Of a stretch of 64,000 nucleotides of DNA, positions 29,053-38,954 are shown in pieces. A program made the translations under genes and the position numbers. The stretch covers positions 14,457 through 78,456 of the forward strand of contig JBPOIL010000010.1 of the NCBI GenBank assembly GCA_052034495.1, in the 5' to 3' direction. The stretch comes from Patescibacteria group bacterium. GTDB taxonomy: Bacteria; Patescibacteriota; Saccharimonadia; CAILAD01; JADZBC01. Within the stretch, counting starts at the first letter, position 1. The number at the start of each line of letters is the position of its first letter. The notes beneath the pieces were generated by a model, which saw only the letters and a list, made by a program, of their open reading frames with translations, ran no database searches and was not told where the DNA came from.

Positions 29053-29976
29053 CTAGTGCGATTCCAGATAGCGCATGTAGCGCGACCACTCTCCTCCGAG
29101 TAGACTAACTGCCAGCTCAATGCCGAGTTGAACGGTCTTCCCCTCTTCGTCCCGCGCGGGATTCACCTCTACCACATCTACCGCAACAATATTTAGTTCA
29201 GAAAGTTTCCTGCAAAGGTAACCGACTTCTCGATAGCTCAGCCCGCCCTGGTTAATGATTCCCGTTCCTGGAGCTTCGCTCACGTCGACCGAGTCGATAT
29301 CGAGCGCTACGTGCAATGGCCTCTCCCCCACAAGCTCCCGAGCGGTAGTAAACGCATGCGCCACCCCCTGCTCAGTAATCTCATCCATAGTAATGTAGCG
29401 AATTCCTTTGGCCTGCATATAGCGCACCTCGTGATCATCCATGTCTTTGGCCCCAAGGATAATCACCTCGTCATAATTGTAGTGAGGTCCACCGAACTCA
29501 GCGTGCAAGGCATCGCCGAGCGCAGTTGAAAGCGGCATTCCATGCAAATTGCCGGTTAGGGTCTCTTCTGGATTAGAGCAATCGGGGTGTGCGTCGATAT
29601 ACACGATGCAAGCGCCAGCATGCCTTTGCTTTGTGGCCAGCATACTACCCATGCCAATGGAGTGATCTCCGCCCAGGGTCAAAGCGATGTCGCCCCTGTT
29701 CGTACTCTCCGTAATCTGGCCCAGTAACTCTCTATTGAAATTAACTACCGCATCAAAGTTGCGCAGCTTGCCTTTGTCGATCGGCTCCCCATCCGCTTCG
29801 ATCGACTCACGAACCTCTGCTTTAATTCCGTTATGTGCGAGGGCCGTCAATAAGCCCTCCCGGAGCATTGCGTCGGGCCCCTGATCCACGCCATTACTAA
29901 AACTACCGAGTGCGAGTGGGGCCTGGAATATCTTTAACATCTCCACTATTATACGCCGCGACCCTATAAGCGCCAA
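29053..29976 (-). CDS. Arginase/agmatinase/formiminoglutamase-family ureohydrolase
   Basis: Manganese-binding motifs GGDHSIGMGS and DAHPD (VYIDAHPDCS), plus SLDIDxxDP-like (ALDIDSVDV). Confidence 0.85.
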   Translation of the reverse strand: MALIGSRRIIVEMLKIFQAPLALGSFSNGVDQGPDAMLREGLLTALAHNGIKAEVRESIEADGEPIDKGKLRNFDAVVNFNRELLGQITESTNRGDIALTLGGDHSIGMGSMLATKQRHAGACIVYIDAHPDCSNPEETLTGNLHGMPLSTALGDALHAEFGGPHYNYDEVIILGAKDMDDHEVRYMQAKGIRYITMDEITEQGVAHAFTTARELVGERPLHVALDIDSVDVSEAPGTGIINQGGLSYREVGYLCRKLSELNIVAVDVVEVNPARDEEGKTVQLGIELAVSLLGGEWSRYMRYLESH

Positions 29977-29978
29977 TC

Positions 29979-31319
29979 ATGTATAATGGCCTTATGTCTA
30001 AAGCAATCAAGCAAATAAAAAACACCCTCCGTCCACTTATCCCCCGCGAAGCCCTGAATCGCTACCACTACCCCGAAGCTCGCCTAGCCCAGCTAAAGCA
30101 TAAAAACCCGTCTGAGAAGATGATTATCATTGGTGTGGTTGGCTCTAAGGGAAAAACCACAACCTCGAACATGATTTGGGCAGCACTTAGTGCCGATGGC
30201 AGCAAAGTTGGTCAAATTGGTACCGCCAACATCCGCATTGCCGGCCACGAGGAGCTGAATAAGCACCATATGACCATGCCGAATGCATTTATATTGCAGG
30301 GCTACCTAAAGCGTATGTTGGCGGCGGGCTGCAAATACGTCGTCATGGAAGTCCCAAGCGAGGGCCAAACACAGTACCGCCATGTGGGCATTAACTTCGA
30401 TGTGCTCGTGTTTACCAACGTAACGCGCGAGATCATGGCCGCGCATCGTAACAGCATGGAGGTCCTACACCAACACAATAAGCGTGTTTTTGTACAGATG
30501 GCACGAGGCAAGCACAAAATTCTGGGTGGCAAACGCATTCCTAAAATCATCATCGCCAACAGCGACGCCCACGATGCACCAGCCTATTCTGGCTTCAAGG
30601 CAGACCAAAAAATTAGCTACAGCATAAAGTCCAATAGTGACTATAAAGCAATTGATGTAAAAGCATCGAACAAGGGCATTGATTTTAAGATCAACGGCCA
30701 CCCATACCACCTAGACATACTTGGCACCATTAACGTCATTAACGCAGCTGGAGCGATCGCCACAGCGTTCGCGCTCGGCAAAGACGCAGAAGCAACTAGC
30801 AAAGGGCTTACTACTCTCGGAGCAATCCCCGGCCGCATGGAAGTTATTGACGAAGGCCAGGACTTCACTGTAATCGTCGACTACGCTCACGAGCAAGTTA
30901 GTATGCAGGCACTCATGGACGGCGCAAACGCCATGAAGGCCAAGGGGGCCAAGGTCATTACCCTACTCGGTGCCGAGGGTGGAGGCAGGGATGTAGAAAA
31001 ACGCCCCGACATGGGTGCAATCGCCGCCAAGGGCTCGGACACCATTATAATCTGCAACGTCGATCCGTATAGCGATGATCCAATGCAGATCATTCATGAC
31101 ATTGCCAAGGGCGCAGAAGAAGCCGGCGCCAAGCTAGATAAGGATATGTTCTGCATCGAAGACCGTCGCAAAGCAATTGCCAAGGCACTCAAGTTAGCCA
31201 AGAAGAACGACATAGTGCTCATTACCGGCAAAGGCAGCGAGCAATCAATGGTTATTGGTGGCAAGAAGATTGATTGGGACGACCGCGATGTGGTCCGTGA
31301 AGAGCTTAAAAAGCTTTAG
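29979..31319 (+). CDS. Mur ligase family protein (MurE-like)
   Basis: GVVGSKGKTTTSNM P-loop, DYAHEQ, GAEGGGRDVEKR and ITGKGSEQ motifs typical of Mur ligases. Confidence 0.8.
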   Translation: MYNGLMSKAIKQIKNTLRPLIPREALNRYHYPEARLAQLKHKNPSEKMIIIGVVGSKGKTTTSNMIWAALSADGSKVGQIGTANIRIAGHEELNKHHMTMPNAFILQGYLKRMLAAGCKYVVMEVPSEGQTQYRHVGINFDVLVFTNVTREIMAAHRNSMEVLHQHNKRVFVQMARGKHKILGGKRIPKIIIANSDAHDAPAYSGFKADQKISYSIKSNSDYKAIDVKASNKGIDFKINGHPYHLDILGTINVINAAGAIATAFALGKDAEATSKGLTTLGAIPGRMEVIDEGQDFTVIVDYAHEQVSMQALMDGANAMKAKGAKVITLLGAEGGGRDVEKRPDMGAIAAKGSDTIIICNVDPYSDDPMQIIHDIAKGAEEAGAKLDKDMFCIEDRRKAIAKALKLAKKNDIVLITGKGSEQSMVIGGKKIDWDDRDVVREELKKL

Positions 31320-31336
31320 TGGTCGCAAGCGAAACT

Positions 31337-32215
31337 CTAGTGTAAATTCTTGTTGAGGATATAAGTATAATCCTCTAAGGTGTTGATCTCTTTAGTTTGG
31401 TCTTCTCTCTTATCGATCTTTATTCTACCCTGAATTGCGCCCGTGCTCCTGTAGGTCACCCCCATGGGCCTAGGTAGATCCTCTATCGGTATCTTCGGGT
31501 TTGGAGAAGATATTCCATACGTCGTAACTACCACACCACTACGAAAACTTTTAAGCTGTGAGTCACTAAAATCGGTTTCTCCGTCAACCTTACTAGAGAG
31601 TAACTTACCCATAATGCCAGCGGGAAATTTTATCTGTCCACATATCTCATCAAAACCAACGACAGTCCCCTGCATATTCCTAAAACCATAGGCGGGGTAT
31701 ATATCATAAAAGTAAGTGGGAGCGGAAGCACCTCTTGAGAAATAGTCATATGTAGCATCTGAATGGCCTGTTGATGAGATTGCCGGAGAAAGCTTGTCTT
31801 TTCCGAGTACAAAGCTTCTATCGATCACCGTCTGCCTAATGGTTGGGTGAAACCCCTCTACACCGCAGGCAGTTATGACCAAGTGGTCGACAATGCTATC
31901 CTTATTCACGTATGCAGTCGCCCACCAGCCCCTGCGGGAATATGTATAGACCCTATATCCAATAGGGAGATCCTCCGCCTGTGTAGGCACGCCCAACTTG
32001 TCGTCAAAGTATTGCTTCGGCTGCATGGGCGCAATACTCTCAATTTTTGATTGTTCTACCTCCCTCCAGCCGAAATATTGGTTATAAAAGCTAGTAGCTC
32101 CACCCACGATAGCTATTGCAGCAACAACGCCAGACATTATCGTAGCAAATAAAATAAGTGCCTGGAGAACGCTACTATGAGGGCTGGTCTCTTGTAGTGG
32201 CGTCTCCTTAGCCAT
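31337..32215 (-). CDS. Hypothetical membrane-anchored protein
   Basis: N-terminal transmembrane helix and a 292-aa ORF with no recognizable domain. Confidence 0.5.
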   Translation of the reverse strand: MAKETPLQETSPHSSVLQALILFATIMSGVVAAIAIVGGATSFYNQYFGWREVEQSKIESIAPMQPKQYFDDKLGVPTQAEDLPIGYRVYTYSRRGWWATAYVNKDSIVDHLVITACGVEGFHPTIRQTVIDRSFVLGKDKLSPAISSTGHSDATYDYFSRGASAPTYFYDIYPAYGFRNMQGTVVGFDEICGQIKFPAGIMGKLLSSKVDGETDFSDSQLKSFRSGVVVTTYGISSPNPKIPIEDLPRPMGVTYRSTGAIQGRIKIDKREDQTKEINTLEDYTYILNKNLH

Positions 32216-32226
32216 TCTGGGCGACC

Positions 32227-33120
32227 CTAAGCTTTTTGGAGCTTACTGACTGCCTCTGGGCACATACCCTCATGCTTTGCTTCGCAGTCTTCGCAGCAAA
32301 TGAACAGCTGGTGGCAATCTGGCTTGGTACAGTCAATGTAGTGGTCGCTTGGTGTGCCGCAATGCTCACATTCAGCTAGAACCTTCTGCCCTGCCGGAGT
32401 ATCGATCTTTTGAGTCAGTCGGTCGTCGAACACAAAGTTCTTGCCTTCGAAGTAGCCATCCGGGAATTGCTCAAGGTACTTCACAATTCCGCCTTCCAGC
32501 TGCTTTACATTCTTATAGCCCATTTCCTGCAGTAGTGGTGCTGCCTTTTCGCAACGGATTCCGCCTGTGCAATATGGCACGATCGGTGCATCTGGGTCCT
32601 CAGGTAAGTTCATTTGCTTTACCTTTTCAGGCAATTCATAAAACTTATCAGTCTCGGGCTGAATGGCGTCCTTGAATCGACCCACCTTGTACTCATAATC
32701 ATTGCGCATGTCCACCAATGTGACCTGCTTACCACTCTCGAATAGTTCGTGTAATTCCTCTGGCTTAATGTAGCTATTCTTGCTCATATCCACTTCCCTA
32801 CCCAGAGTCACGATCTCGTCGCGCTTCTTAACGATCAGTTTGTGGAATGGCATGCGTGGTGCTGGGCTCCATTTAAATACAATGTCGTTGAACTGTGGGT
32901 GTGCGTTCATATAGCGCACGTAGTCCTTCAGCTGCGCCTTGGTCCCTGCGACTGTACCATTAATACCTTCTTCGGCAATCAAAATCCGGCCCATTATGCC
33001 AAGCCCTTTGCAAACAAGCTTGTGTTGCTGGGCTTCAAACTCTGGGTTTGGCACCTGAACAAACTTGTAGTACAAAAGCACAAAGATTGGCTTCGGATTT
33101 GGTTGTTTTACGGTTGTCAT
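32227..33120 (-). CDS. trhO: Rhodanese-domain protein, TrhO/YceA-type tRNA uridine(34) hydroxylase
   Basis: N-terminal UPF0176 region (ILIAEEGINGTVAG), a rhodanese domain with catalytic CTGGIRCEKA, and a C-terminal Cys-rich tail. Confidence 0.8.
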   Translation of the reverse strand: MTTVKQPNPKPIFVLLYYKFVQVPNPEFEAQQHKLVCKGLGIMGRILIAEEGINGTVAGTKAQLKDYVRYMNAHPQFNDIVFKWSPAPRMPFHKLIVKKRDEIVTLGREVDMSKNSYIKPEELHELFESGKQVTLVDMRNDYEYKVGRFKDAIQPETDKFYELPEKVKQMNLPEDPDAPIVPYCTGGIRCEKAAPLLQEMGYKNVKQLEGGIVKYLEQFPDGYFEGKNFVFDDRLTQKIDTPAGQKVLAECEHCGTPSDHYIDCTKPDCHQLFICCEDCEAKHEGMCPEAVSKLQKA

Positions 33121-33170
33121 ATAGATAGGATTATAGCCGATTTAAGGTGATATTTCCAGCAGTCTGCAGC

Positions 33171-33599
33171 TTAGGAGTTCAGGGCGGCAACAACTATGAT
33201 GGATATCCAAAGCGCTTGGGAAAGTGCAATAGAAAAGACCGACCAGGCTTTATAGCTATTTGGCGTGTCCCAGAACTTCTGGCCACTTAGCTGGGTGGTG
33301 CGTTTACGGAGTGCATCGAGATTCAAGCCATTCACCGCCAGCAGTATTACGAGTGTCATCTTTACCCTCGTTAAGGGTTTGCTTAAATCCGGACCAAGTA
33401 GGGCGCCGCTGATCATCATACCAACAAGCCCTGCCCATATGACTGGCTGAGCCCAAGCGGTGATTTTGAGCATGCGCTCTCGACCAAGTTCGCCTAAAAG
33501 CCATAATCCACCGATTAAATCCACGATAATAACCGTTCCGTAAGCCAGGGCCAGTGATGCCAAATGTACAATAAACCAGATTGTGCTGCCGTCTTCCAT
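33171..33599 (-). CDS. Hypothetical integral membrane protein
   Basis: Four predicted transmembrane helices. Length 142 aa. Confidence 0.5.
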   Translation of the reverse strand: MEDGSTIWFIVHLASLALAYGTVIIVDLIGGLWLLGELGRERMLKITAWAQPVIWAGLVGMMISGALLGPDLSKPLTRVKMTLVILLAVNGLNLDALRKRTTQLSGQKFWDTPNSYKAWSVFSIALSQALWISIIVVAALNS

Positions 33600-33642
33600 A
33601 CTCTAAGTATGCGCCTAGCTATCTAAGTTTGCCAAGTGCAAA

Positions 33643-34458
33643 TTACCTAAGCCTGTAGTGGTCTTTTGTATTTTCTATAAAGCCTTCCTGTATAAGTGCG
33701 TCTATAATCTTCTGAACTCGAGCCGTGTCGGCCTCTAGGTGCTCAAGCTGACTCAATATATCTTGGCGAGTCGTTGCACCACCCAGTAGCATCCTCAGCA
33801 CTTCGCCCCGAATCTGTCTATCAGACCCTGCAAATTTTGACTGCTTAGCATAGTGTTTACTCCTCCGATTTGGGTTCGGCAACTGAGTCGCCAAATAACT
33901 GCCGTAATCCATCAGCGCCCAGTACCACTCCCGCGGCTCTTCGCCATCGAGCGCCTTCTCGATGAGTGGTAAAAGCTCGGTGTCAGCCACCCCTTCCTGG
34001 TCGGCAAAGCAATGGTGAATAAACACCCTGCGAATGTTGGTTTCAATAAAAACGACGGGGGCATTAAAGGCAAAGGCGGCTATGGAGCCTGCAGTATTTG
34101 GGCCGATGCCAGGCAACTTGCGGAGCTCTGCTGGATCGTTTGGCAACTCTCCGCCACACTCCCCCACTACTATCTCAGCGGCGGCCTTAAGCCATAAGGC
34201 ACGGCGATTATAGCCTAGCCCCTGCCACAGTCTAACGACTTCCGCCTGCGGGGCAGCAGCTAGCTGCTCGAAGCTCGGGAGCTCCGTAATAAATTCCGTG
34301 TACTTCGCCCGCACCCTACTAACTTGTGTTTGCTGAAGCATAACTTCGCTGATGAATATCGAATACGGACTGACATCAACGCGCCATGGTAAATCATGGC
34401 GGCCATGCTCCCTGTAGTATTCATGTACGTACTTTTTGAGTTCTTGAAGGCTCTTCAT
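33643..34458 (-). CDS. HhH-GPD DNA glycosylase, MutY/EndoIII-like, lacking the 4Fe-4S cysteine cluster
   Basis: LPWR...PYSIFISEVMLQQTQV, an HhH LPGIGPNTAGSIAAFAF, and a catalytic Asp region. No Cys-x6-C-x2-C-x5-C cluster. A helical tail replaces the Nudix domain. Confidence 0.7.
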   Translation of the reverse strand: MKSLQELKKYVHEYYREHGRHDLPWRVDVSPYSIFISEVMLQQTQVSRVRAKYTEFITELPSFEQLAAAPQAEVVRLWQGLGYNRRALWLKAAAEIVVGECGGELPNDPAELRKLPGIGPNTAGSIAAFAFNAPVVFIETNIRRVFIHHCFADQEGVADTELLPLIEKALDGEEPREWYWALMDYGSYLATQLPNPNRRSKHYAKQSKFAGSDRQIRGEVLRMLLGGATTRQDILSQLEHLEADTARVQKIIDALIQEGFIENTKDHYRLR

Positions 34459-34470
34459 TCAATCAGTATA

Positions 34471-35196
34471 TCAGGAGTGGGTGCGAAGCCTGTGCTCTGC
34501 CTGACGCAAGAACTTCAACCATGCCCAGAAAACCATATGATTCTTGACCGAAGCCCAGAAGTGACCCAGATAGCGATTCCTGATTATCCGATGCTTAACG
34601 CCAGATGCCGCTAGTGCCTTTACGAATAACTCCGTATTGTTCGGCGGTATCGTCTTATCGGCCTTGGAGTAATACAGCAGGACATGTCGTTTTCCAAGCC
34701 TATCGAGGTGCTCGCAGGCTTCGACTGGACGTAGTTCGTTGTAGAGTGTTGCCTCGCTGTAACCCTGAACTTCATAGAGCGGGCGGAAAGCCTGCCCATA
34801 AGGTGAATGCCAAATAAATTCGCTCGTGCTGCCCCTCATGGTGTTCAGAATGACCGCGGAGATTGCGGGAATGGTCTTGGTGCAAGCCAGTGCCAATTCA
34901 GACCCTAGGCTATTCCCAAACGCCGCAAAGAACTCGACGCCCTGCGCGTGAAAGCCTAGCACATCTGCCTCCACATCATCAGTAAGTGCCTTGAGCTGGC
35001 CCAGGAATCCTTTATTGTCAGCTTCGATCACGTAGTCCTCTGCCAGGCTATAAGCGTGCACCCTATAGCCAGCAATGTTCGCCATCCAGTACACAGGCAA
35101 ATATGCCCAGAGCGGCATGCGCCAGCCGCAAAAGTAAAAAATGACCCCTCGCCTGGCCTTACCATATATACGCTTCTTAAACGGGTCTACGTGCAT
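34471..35196 (-). CDS. Alpha/beta-hydrolase-fold protein (GxSxG)
   Basis: GNSLG nucleophile elbow. Length 241 aa. Confidence 0.5.
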   Translation of the reverse strand: MHVDPFKKRIYGKARRGVIFYFCGWRMPLWAYLPVYWMANIAGYRVHAYSLAEDYVIEADNKGFLGQLKALTDDVEADVLGFHAQGVEFFAAFGNSLGSELALACTKTIPAISAVILNTMRGSTSEFIWHSPYGQAFRPLYEVQGYSEATLYNELRPVEACEHLDRLGKRHVLLYYSKADKTIPPNNTELFVKALAASGVKHRIIRNRYLGHFWASVKNHMVFWAWLKFLRQAEHRLRTHS

Positions 35197-35219
35197 ATCC
35201 CTATCATAGCATGAGCGGC

Positions 35220-36200
35220 TTAGCTAATACGGCTGCGCCACTCCTGAATAACCTTGTGAGCACTCGCGTAATCTTTGCACTCCATAAGCTCAGCCCGGAA
35301 CTCGGACGCATTAGCAAAGTCCTTCACGTAGATCTTGAAGAACTTTTTGAGCGGCTCGAAGCGCTTCAGATTGTTCCAGGTTTTCTCGTGTAGCTCTAAG
35401 TGATAAACGAGTATATCAATCAGTTCATCGGCGGCGTGCAGTTGTTGCTCCTTCTCAAACACATGAATGTTCTGGAATATGCCTCGTCCAATCATGATAC
35501 CGTCAACTCCCGACTCCTGCGCCAACTGCTCGCCCTGCTCGCGACTCAGCACATCGCCGTTTCCTACGATAACTGTACTAACGCCGAGCTCGTCGCGCAG
35601 TTTTACAACCTTACCAATCTCGTCCCAGTGTGCGGGCACTTTGCTCATCTCCTTGGCAGTACGTCCATGAATAGTTAGCGCCGCCAGATTGTGACCGAGT
35701 AAAAACTCTGCCCACTCTTCCGTCATTACCTTGTTGATGCCAATGCGCGTTTTAACACTAACGGGCAACTTGCCGCCGCTCCCGTTCTGGACTGCACGAA
35801 TAATCTCCCCAGCAAGTTCGTATTGGCCGATCATACCAGCACCATTGCCGCCCGCTACTACGCTACGCTCAGGGCAACCCATATTAATATCGATTCCCGC
35901 AAAACCCATGTCCACTAGTTCACGGGCCATCATGAAGTAATTTTCTGGGTTCTTACCCCAAATCTGTGCAATCAATGGCTGCTCGACCTGATTATCCCAG
36001 CGTAGTTTTCGACCAACAGAATCCTTGCCAGGAGAAAAATATCCATCTACATTGGTAAACTCGGTAAAGAATAAGTCTGGCTTGGCGGCTTTTGCCACTA
36101 CTTGTCGAAACACCGTATCGCTCACATCATCAAGCGGCGCGAGTACAAAAAATGGCTTCACCAGCTCTGCCCAAATGTTATGTGAACTTTTTTTGTTCAT
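35220..36200 (-). CDS. dus: tRNA-dihydrouridine synthase
   Basis: TIM-barrel flavoenzyme with a DINMGCP active-site motif. Confidence 0.9.
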   Translation of the reverse strand: MNKKSSHNIWAELVKPFFVLAPLDDVSDTVFRQVVAKAAKPDLFFTEFTNVDGYFSPGKDSVGRKLRWDNQVEQPLIAQIWGKNPENYFMMARELVDMGFAGIDINMGCPERSVVAGGNGAGMIGQYELAGEIIRAVQNGSGGKLPVSVKTRIGINKVMTEEWAEFLLGHNLAALTIHGRTAKEMSKVPAHWDEIGKVVKLRDELGVSTVIVGNGDVLSREQGEQLAQESGVDGIMIGRGIFQNIHVFEKEQQLHAADELIDILVYHLELHEKTWNNLKRFEPLKKFFKIYVKDFANASEFRAELMECKDYASAHKVIQEWRSRIS

Positions 36201-36243
36201 AGCGTCATATTTTAGCCTTTTTAGCCTATAATGTTAAGTACTT

Positions 36244-37713
36244 ATGCGAGATATCGGCCCCAAGAAACCTGCAGCGGCTAAAAAGCCGGATATAGAAACT
36301 CCGCCGCCGGCGTTTACTTATGACCCCCTAAACCCGGCGGACAACCTGGAAGAGCTAGATAGCTTGACCGATTCAAGCAACTCCCCTCTGCCTCCGCATG
36401 GGCCCAGAGGCAAAAAGCCGAAAAAGAAGTTCAAAGATCAGAAGTGGTGGAAATGGCTCCTAGGCATTGGCCTGCTCACAGGCTTACTTGCGTTTGCCTT
36501 CCTATCATTTCAGGTTGGTAAGATAACTACAAATCCGTTTAGCTGGGGTAAGCTCAAAGGCGAAGCCGACGGCAGGGTGAATATTCTACTCCTAGGCGTT
36601 GGTGACCCTGGTCACGCTGGCGAAGGCCTGGCCGACACCAACATGGTGATTAGCCTGAACACCAAGACCGACAAGGTCGCCATGATTAGCTTGCCTCGTG
36701 ATTTGCGGGTTAAGGTACCTGGCTATGGCTACCAAAAAATCAACAACGCCCATGCTGAGGGAGACATTCCGCTAGCTGTTAAAACGGTAGAGCAAACGCT
36801 CGATCTTCCAGTCCACTATTATGTCCGTGCCAACTTTAGTGGGCTCGAGCAGGCAGTAGACGCAGTGGGTGGCATTACAATTGACGTCAAGGAACCTCTC
36901 TACGACCCCGAATACCCGTGTGATAAGAATCAATACCGCAGCTGTGGTTTTAAGTTAAAGGCCGGCACGACCCAGATGGATGGCGCCCTAGCGTTAAAAT
37001 ACGCCCGCTGCCGCAAAGGAACTTGTGGTGATGACTTTGGTCGCGCTATGCGCCAGCAGGAAGTCTTGCAAGCGATTCGCGCCAAAGCCATGAGTATGGA
37101 AACCCTATCAAACCCCGCTAAGCTCAATGCCCTACTTGGGTCTGCCGCCAACAATATCAAAACCGATTTGAGCATTAATAACATCATGAGGCTCAGCGAA
37201 TTCTCCAAGAAGTTCGGTGATGCAAACGAAACGATCAACGTGGTATTCAGCCTTAAGCCAAATGGCTTCCTAAAAAGCTCTGGTACGAGCAGTGACTTAT
37301 TGCCAGTTGGTGGGAACTTTGATGCCATTCAGGCCTTCGTAGCCAACGTGTTCACCGTAGGCCCGGTGTGGAAGGAAGAGCCAACCGTAATTATCCAAAA
37401 CGGCACCACCACGCCAGGTGTCGCCAAGAAGCTTAGTGACACAATCGAAGATGGTAAGTTCGCCAACCTGATTGAGATTTTAGCGCTAACCAACGCTACG
37501 ACAAAAGATTACACGACGAGCCAGATCGTTGACTACACCGGCGGCAAGAAGCCAGCTGCTGCCAAATATCTACAAAGCCTGGTGGGCGTGACCCCGACTG
37601 CTCCAGCCAAGACGGCCAGTGGAAAGCCAGAAGCATCTGTAGCCGACTTTGTAATCATCCTAGGCAGTGATTACATAGCGAAAACTAGTTCGACCACAGC
37701 TACCAAGCAATAG
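36244..37713 (+). CDS. LCP-family (LytR-CpsA-Psr) cell-envelope phosphotransferase
   Basis: N-terminal transmembrane anchor, then an LCP domain with DTNMVISLNTKTDKVAMISLPRDL...NAHAEG. Confidence 0.85.
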   Translation: MRDIGPKKPAAAKKPDIETPPPAFTYDPLNPADNLEELDSLTDSSNSPLPPHGPRGKKPKKKFKDQKWWKWLLGIGLLTGLLAFAFLSFQVGKITTNPFSWGKLKGEADGRVNILLLGVGDPGHAGEGLADTNMVISLNTKTDKVAMISLPRDLRVKVPGYGYQKINNAHAEGDIPLAVKTVEQTLDLPVHYYVRANFSGLEQAVDAVGGITIDVKEPLYDPEYPCDKNQYRSCGFKLKAGTTQMDGALALKYARCRKGTCGDDFGRAMRQQEVLQAIRAKAMSMETLSNPAKLNALLGSAANNIKTDLSINNIMRLSEFSKKFGDANETINVVFSLKPNGFLKSSGTSSDLLPVGGNFDAIQAFVANVFTVGPVWKEEPTVIIQNGTTTPGVAKKLSDTIEDGKFANLIEILALTNATTKDYTTSQIVDYTGGKKPAAAKYLQSLVGVTPTAPAKTASGKPEASVADFVIILGSDYIAKTSSTTATKQ

Positions 37714-37753
37714 CCTGCGTGACTTAAGCCCCAGATAAGGCTATAATAGACAT

Positions 37754-37936
37754 ATGAATACTACGAGCATGACCAAAGAAGAAATTATCAAGCGTCTTGC
37801 CGCCGTCGAAGTTGAACTCCAAAAATACTACGACAAAGCCCAGATAACAGACCCAGATGAGCTCAAAGCTATGAGTGCACGTGCATATGACTCATTGATT
37901 GCCGAACGCGATCGCCTGAACCGCGCTCTCTCTTAA
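37754..37936 (+). CDS. Small hypothetical protein (60 aa)
   Basis: ORF only; predicted helical. Confidence 0.25.
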   Translation: MNTTSMTKEEIIKRLAAVEVELQKYYDKAQITDPDELKAMSARAYDSLIAERDRLNRALS

Positions 37937-37952
37937 ATCCCAAGTGACGCAA

Positions 37953-38381
37953 CTATTTTGTGTTGTGCTCGAACTTTACTGCACACCAGTCTTCGTCTAA
38001 GTTACAGACGGTTTTTGCTACTAAGCCTGCCTTCTTGCCAACTTCTTTCACGTCACCTTCACTCAAGTCACTCTTTAGCTCTGAGGCCTCCTGCGGCCAA
38101 GTGATCCAAAGCGCGCCTTTGCCATTTAGGCAGTTCATTAGGTACTCAAACTGCTGTTCCAAATCAGCCTTTTCCTGAGTAAAGAATTGGATGAGGTCGA
38201 ACTCAACCTCTTCTAAAAAATTCTCAACTCTTACGGAATCAGGCAGGTCGCCTAAGCGCTCCTCGAAATTCTCTGGTGGATTAATAATAGTAATGCAGTA
38301 CTCAGGCTTAATGCCTAGCTTCTCTACAAGTGATTTTTCTGCGCCTGTCATAATAATTACCTCTTCATCCTTACTATACAA
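37953..38381 (-). CDS. Hypothetical cytoplasmic protein
   Basis: 142-aa ORF with no clear motif. Confidence 0.45.
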   Translation of the reverse strand: MYSKDEEVIIMTGAEKSLVEKLGIKPEYCITIINPPENFEERLGDLPDSVRVENFLEEVEFDLIQFFTQEKADLEQQFEYLMNCLNGKGALWITWPQEASELKSDLSEGDVKEVGKKAGLVAKTVCNLDEDWCAVKFEHNTK

Positions 38382-38468
38382 CTTTCGCCGCGACTAGGCC
38401 AATCAAGAAGGCCTCGAGATTACTCTCGAGGCCTGGGCTAGCGGATCCTATCGCCCGCCTCACCCTCG

Positions 38469-38843
38469 TCATTGCTGAAGCCACCACTCATAGAACAGCT
38501 GGTGCTTCGTCAGAAGCCCAAGGAGCTCATGATTGCTCCTAGAAACGTCTTCTAGCTCGACAACCACAACTTCTGCGGCGACGGACATCGGACGAGCATG
38601 TGCCGCGCTACTCTCCCGAATAGCGGTGAGCTCTTCGTTGGTGGCTAGACGCACCCGAACGACTTGACGAACGCCGTCGAACATCACTCCTCGCTCGCCG
38701 TCGCCCTGACAGTGGTTCCAGTGTGTGCACTCGGACCTGAACTTGCTACCAGCGGTCAGCTTTGGAGGAGCTTCTGGCGTGACCAGTGTGTAGTACCTCC
38801 TACCGATCAAAAGGAGCCTTACCCTTGGCGCATGAACGCTCAA
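38469..38843 (-). CDS. Hypothetical protein (moderately high GC)
   Basis: 124-aa ORF with no recognizable domain. Confidence 0.3.
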   Translation of the reverse strand: MSVHAPRVRLLLIGRRYYTLVTPEAPPKLTAGSKFRSECTHWNHCQGDGERGVMFDGVRQVVRVRLATNEELTAIRESSAAHARPMSVAAEVVVVELEDVSRSNHELLGLLTKHQLFYEWWLQQ

Positions 38844-38954
38844 TCACCCCACCTCCTTAGGTTGCGTTGGCTTGAACATATTTATACATCATAACCCGCC
38901 ATCACGCGAGCATAAGCGTTTTATTCGCTGAGCGTTCGGTAGTATACTATATGG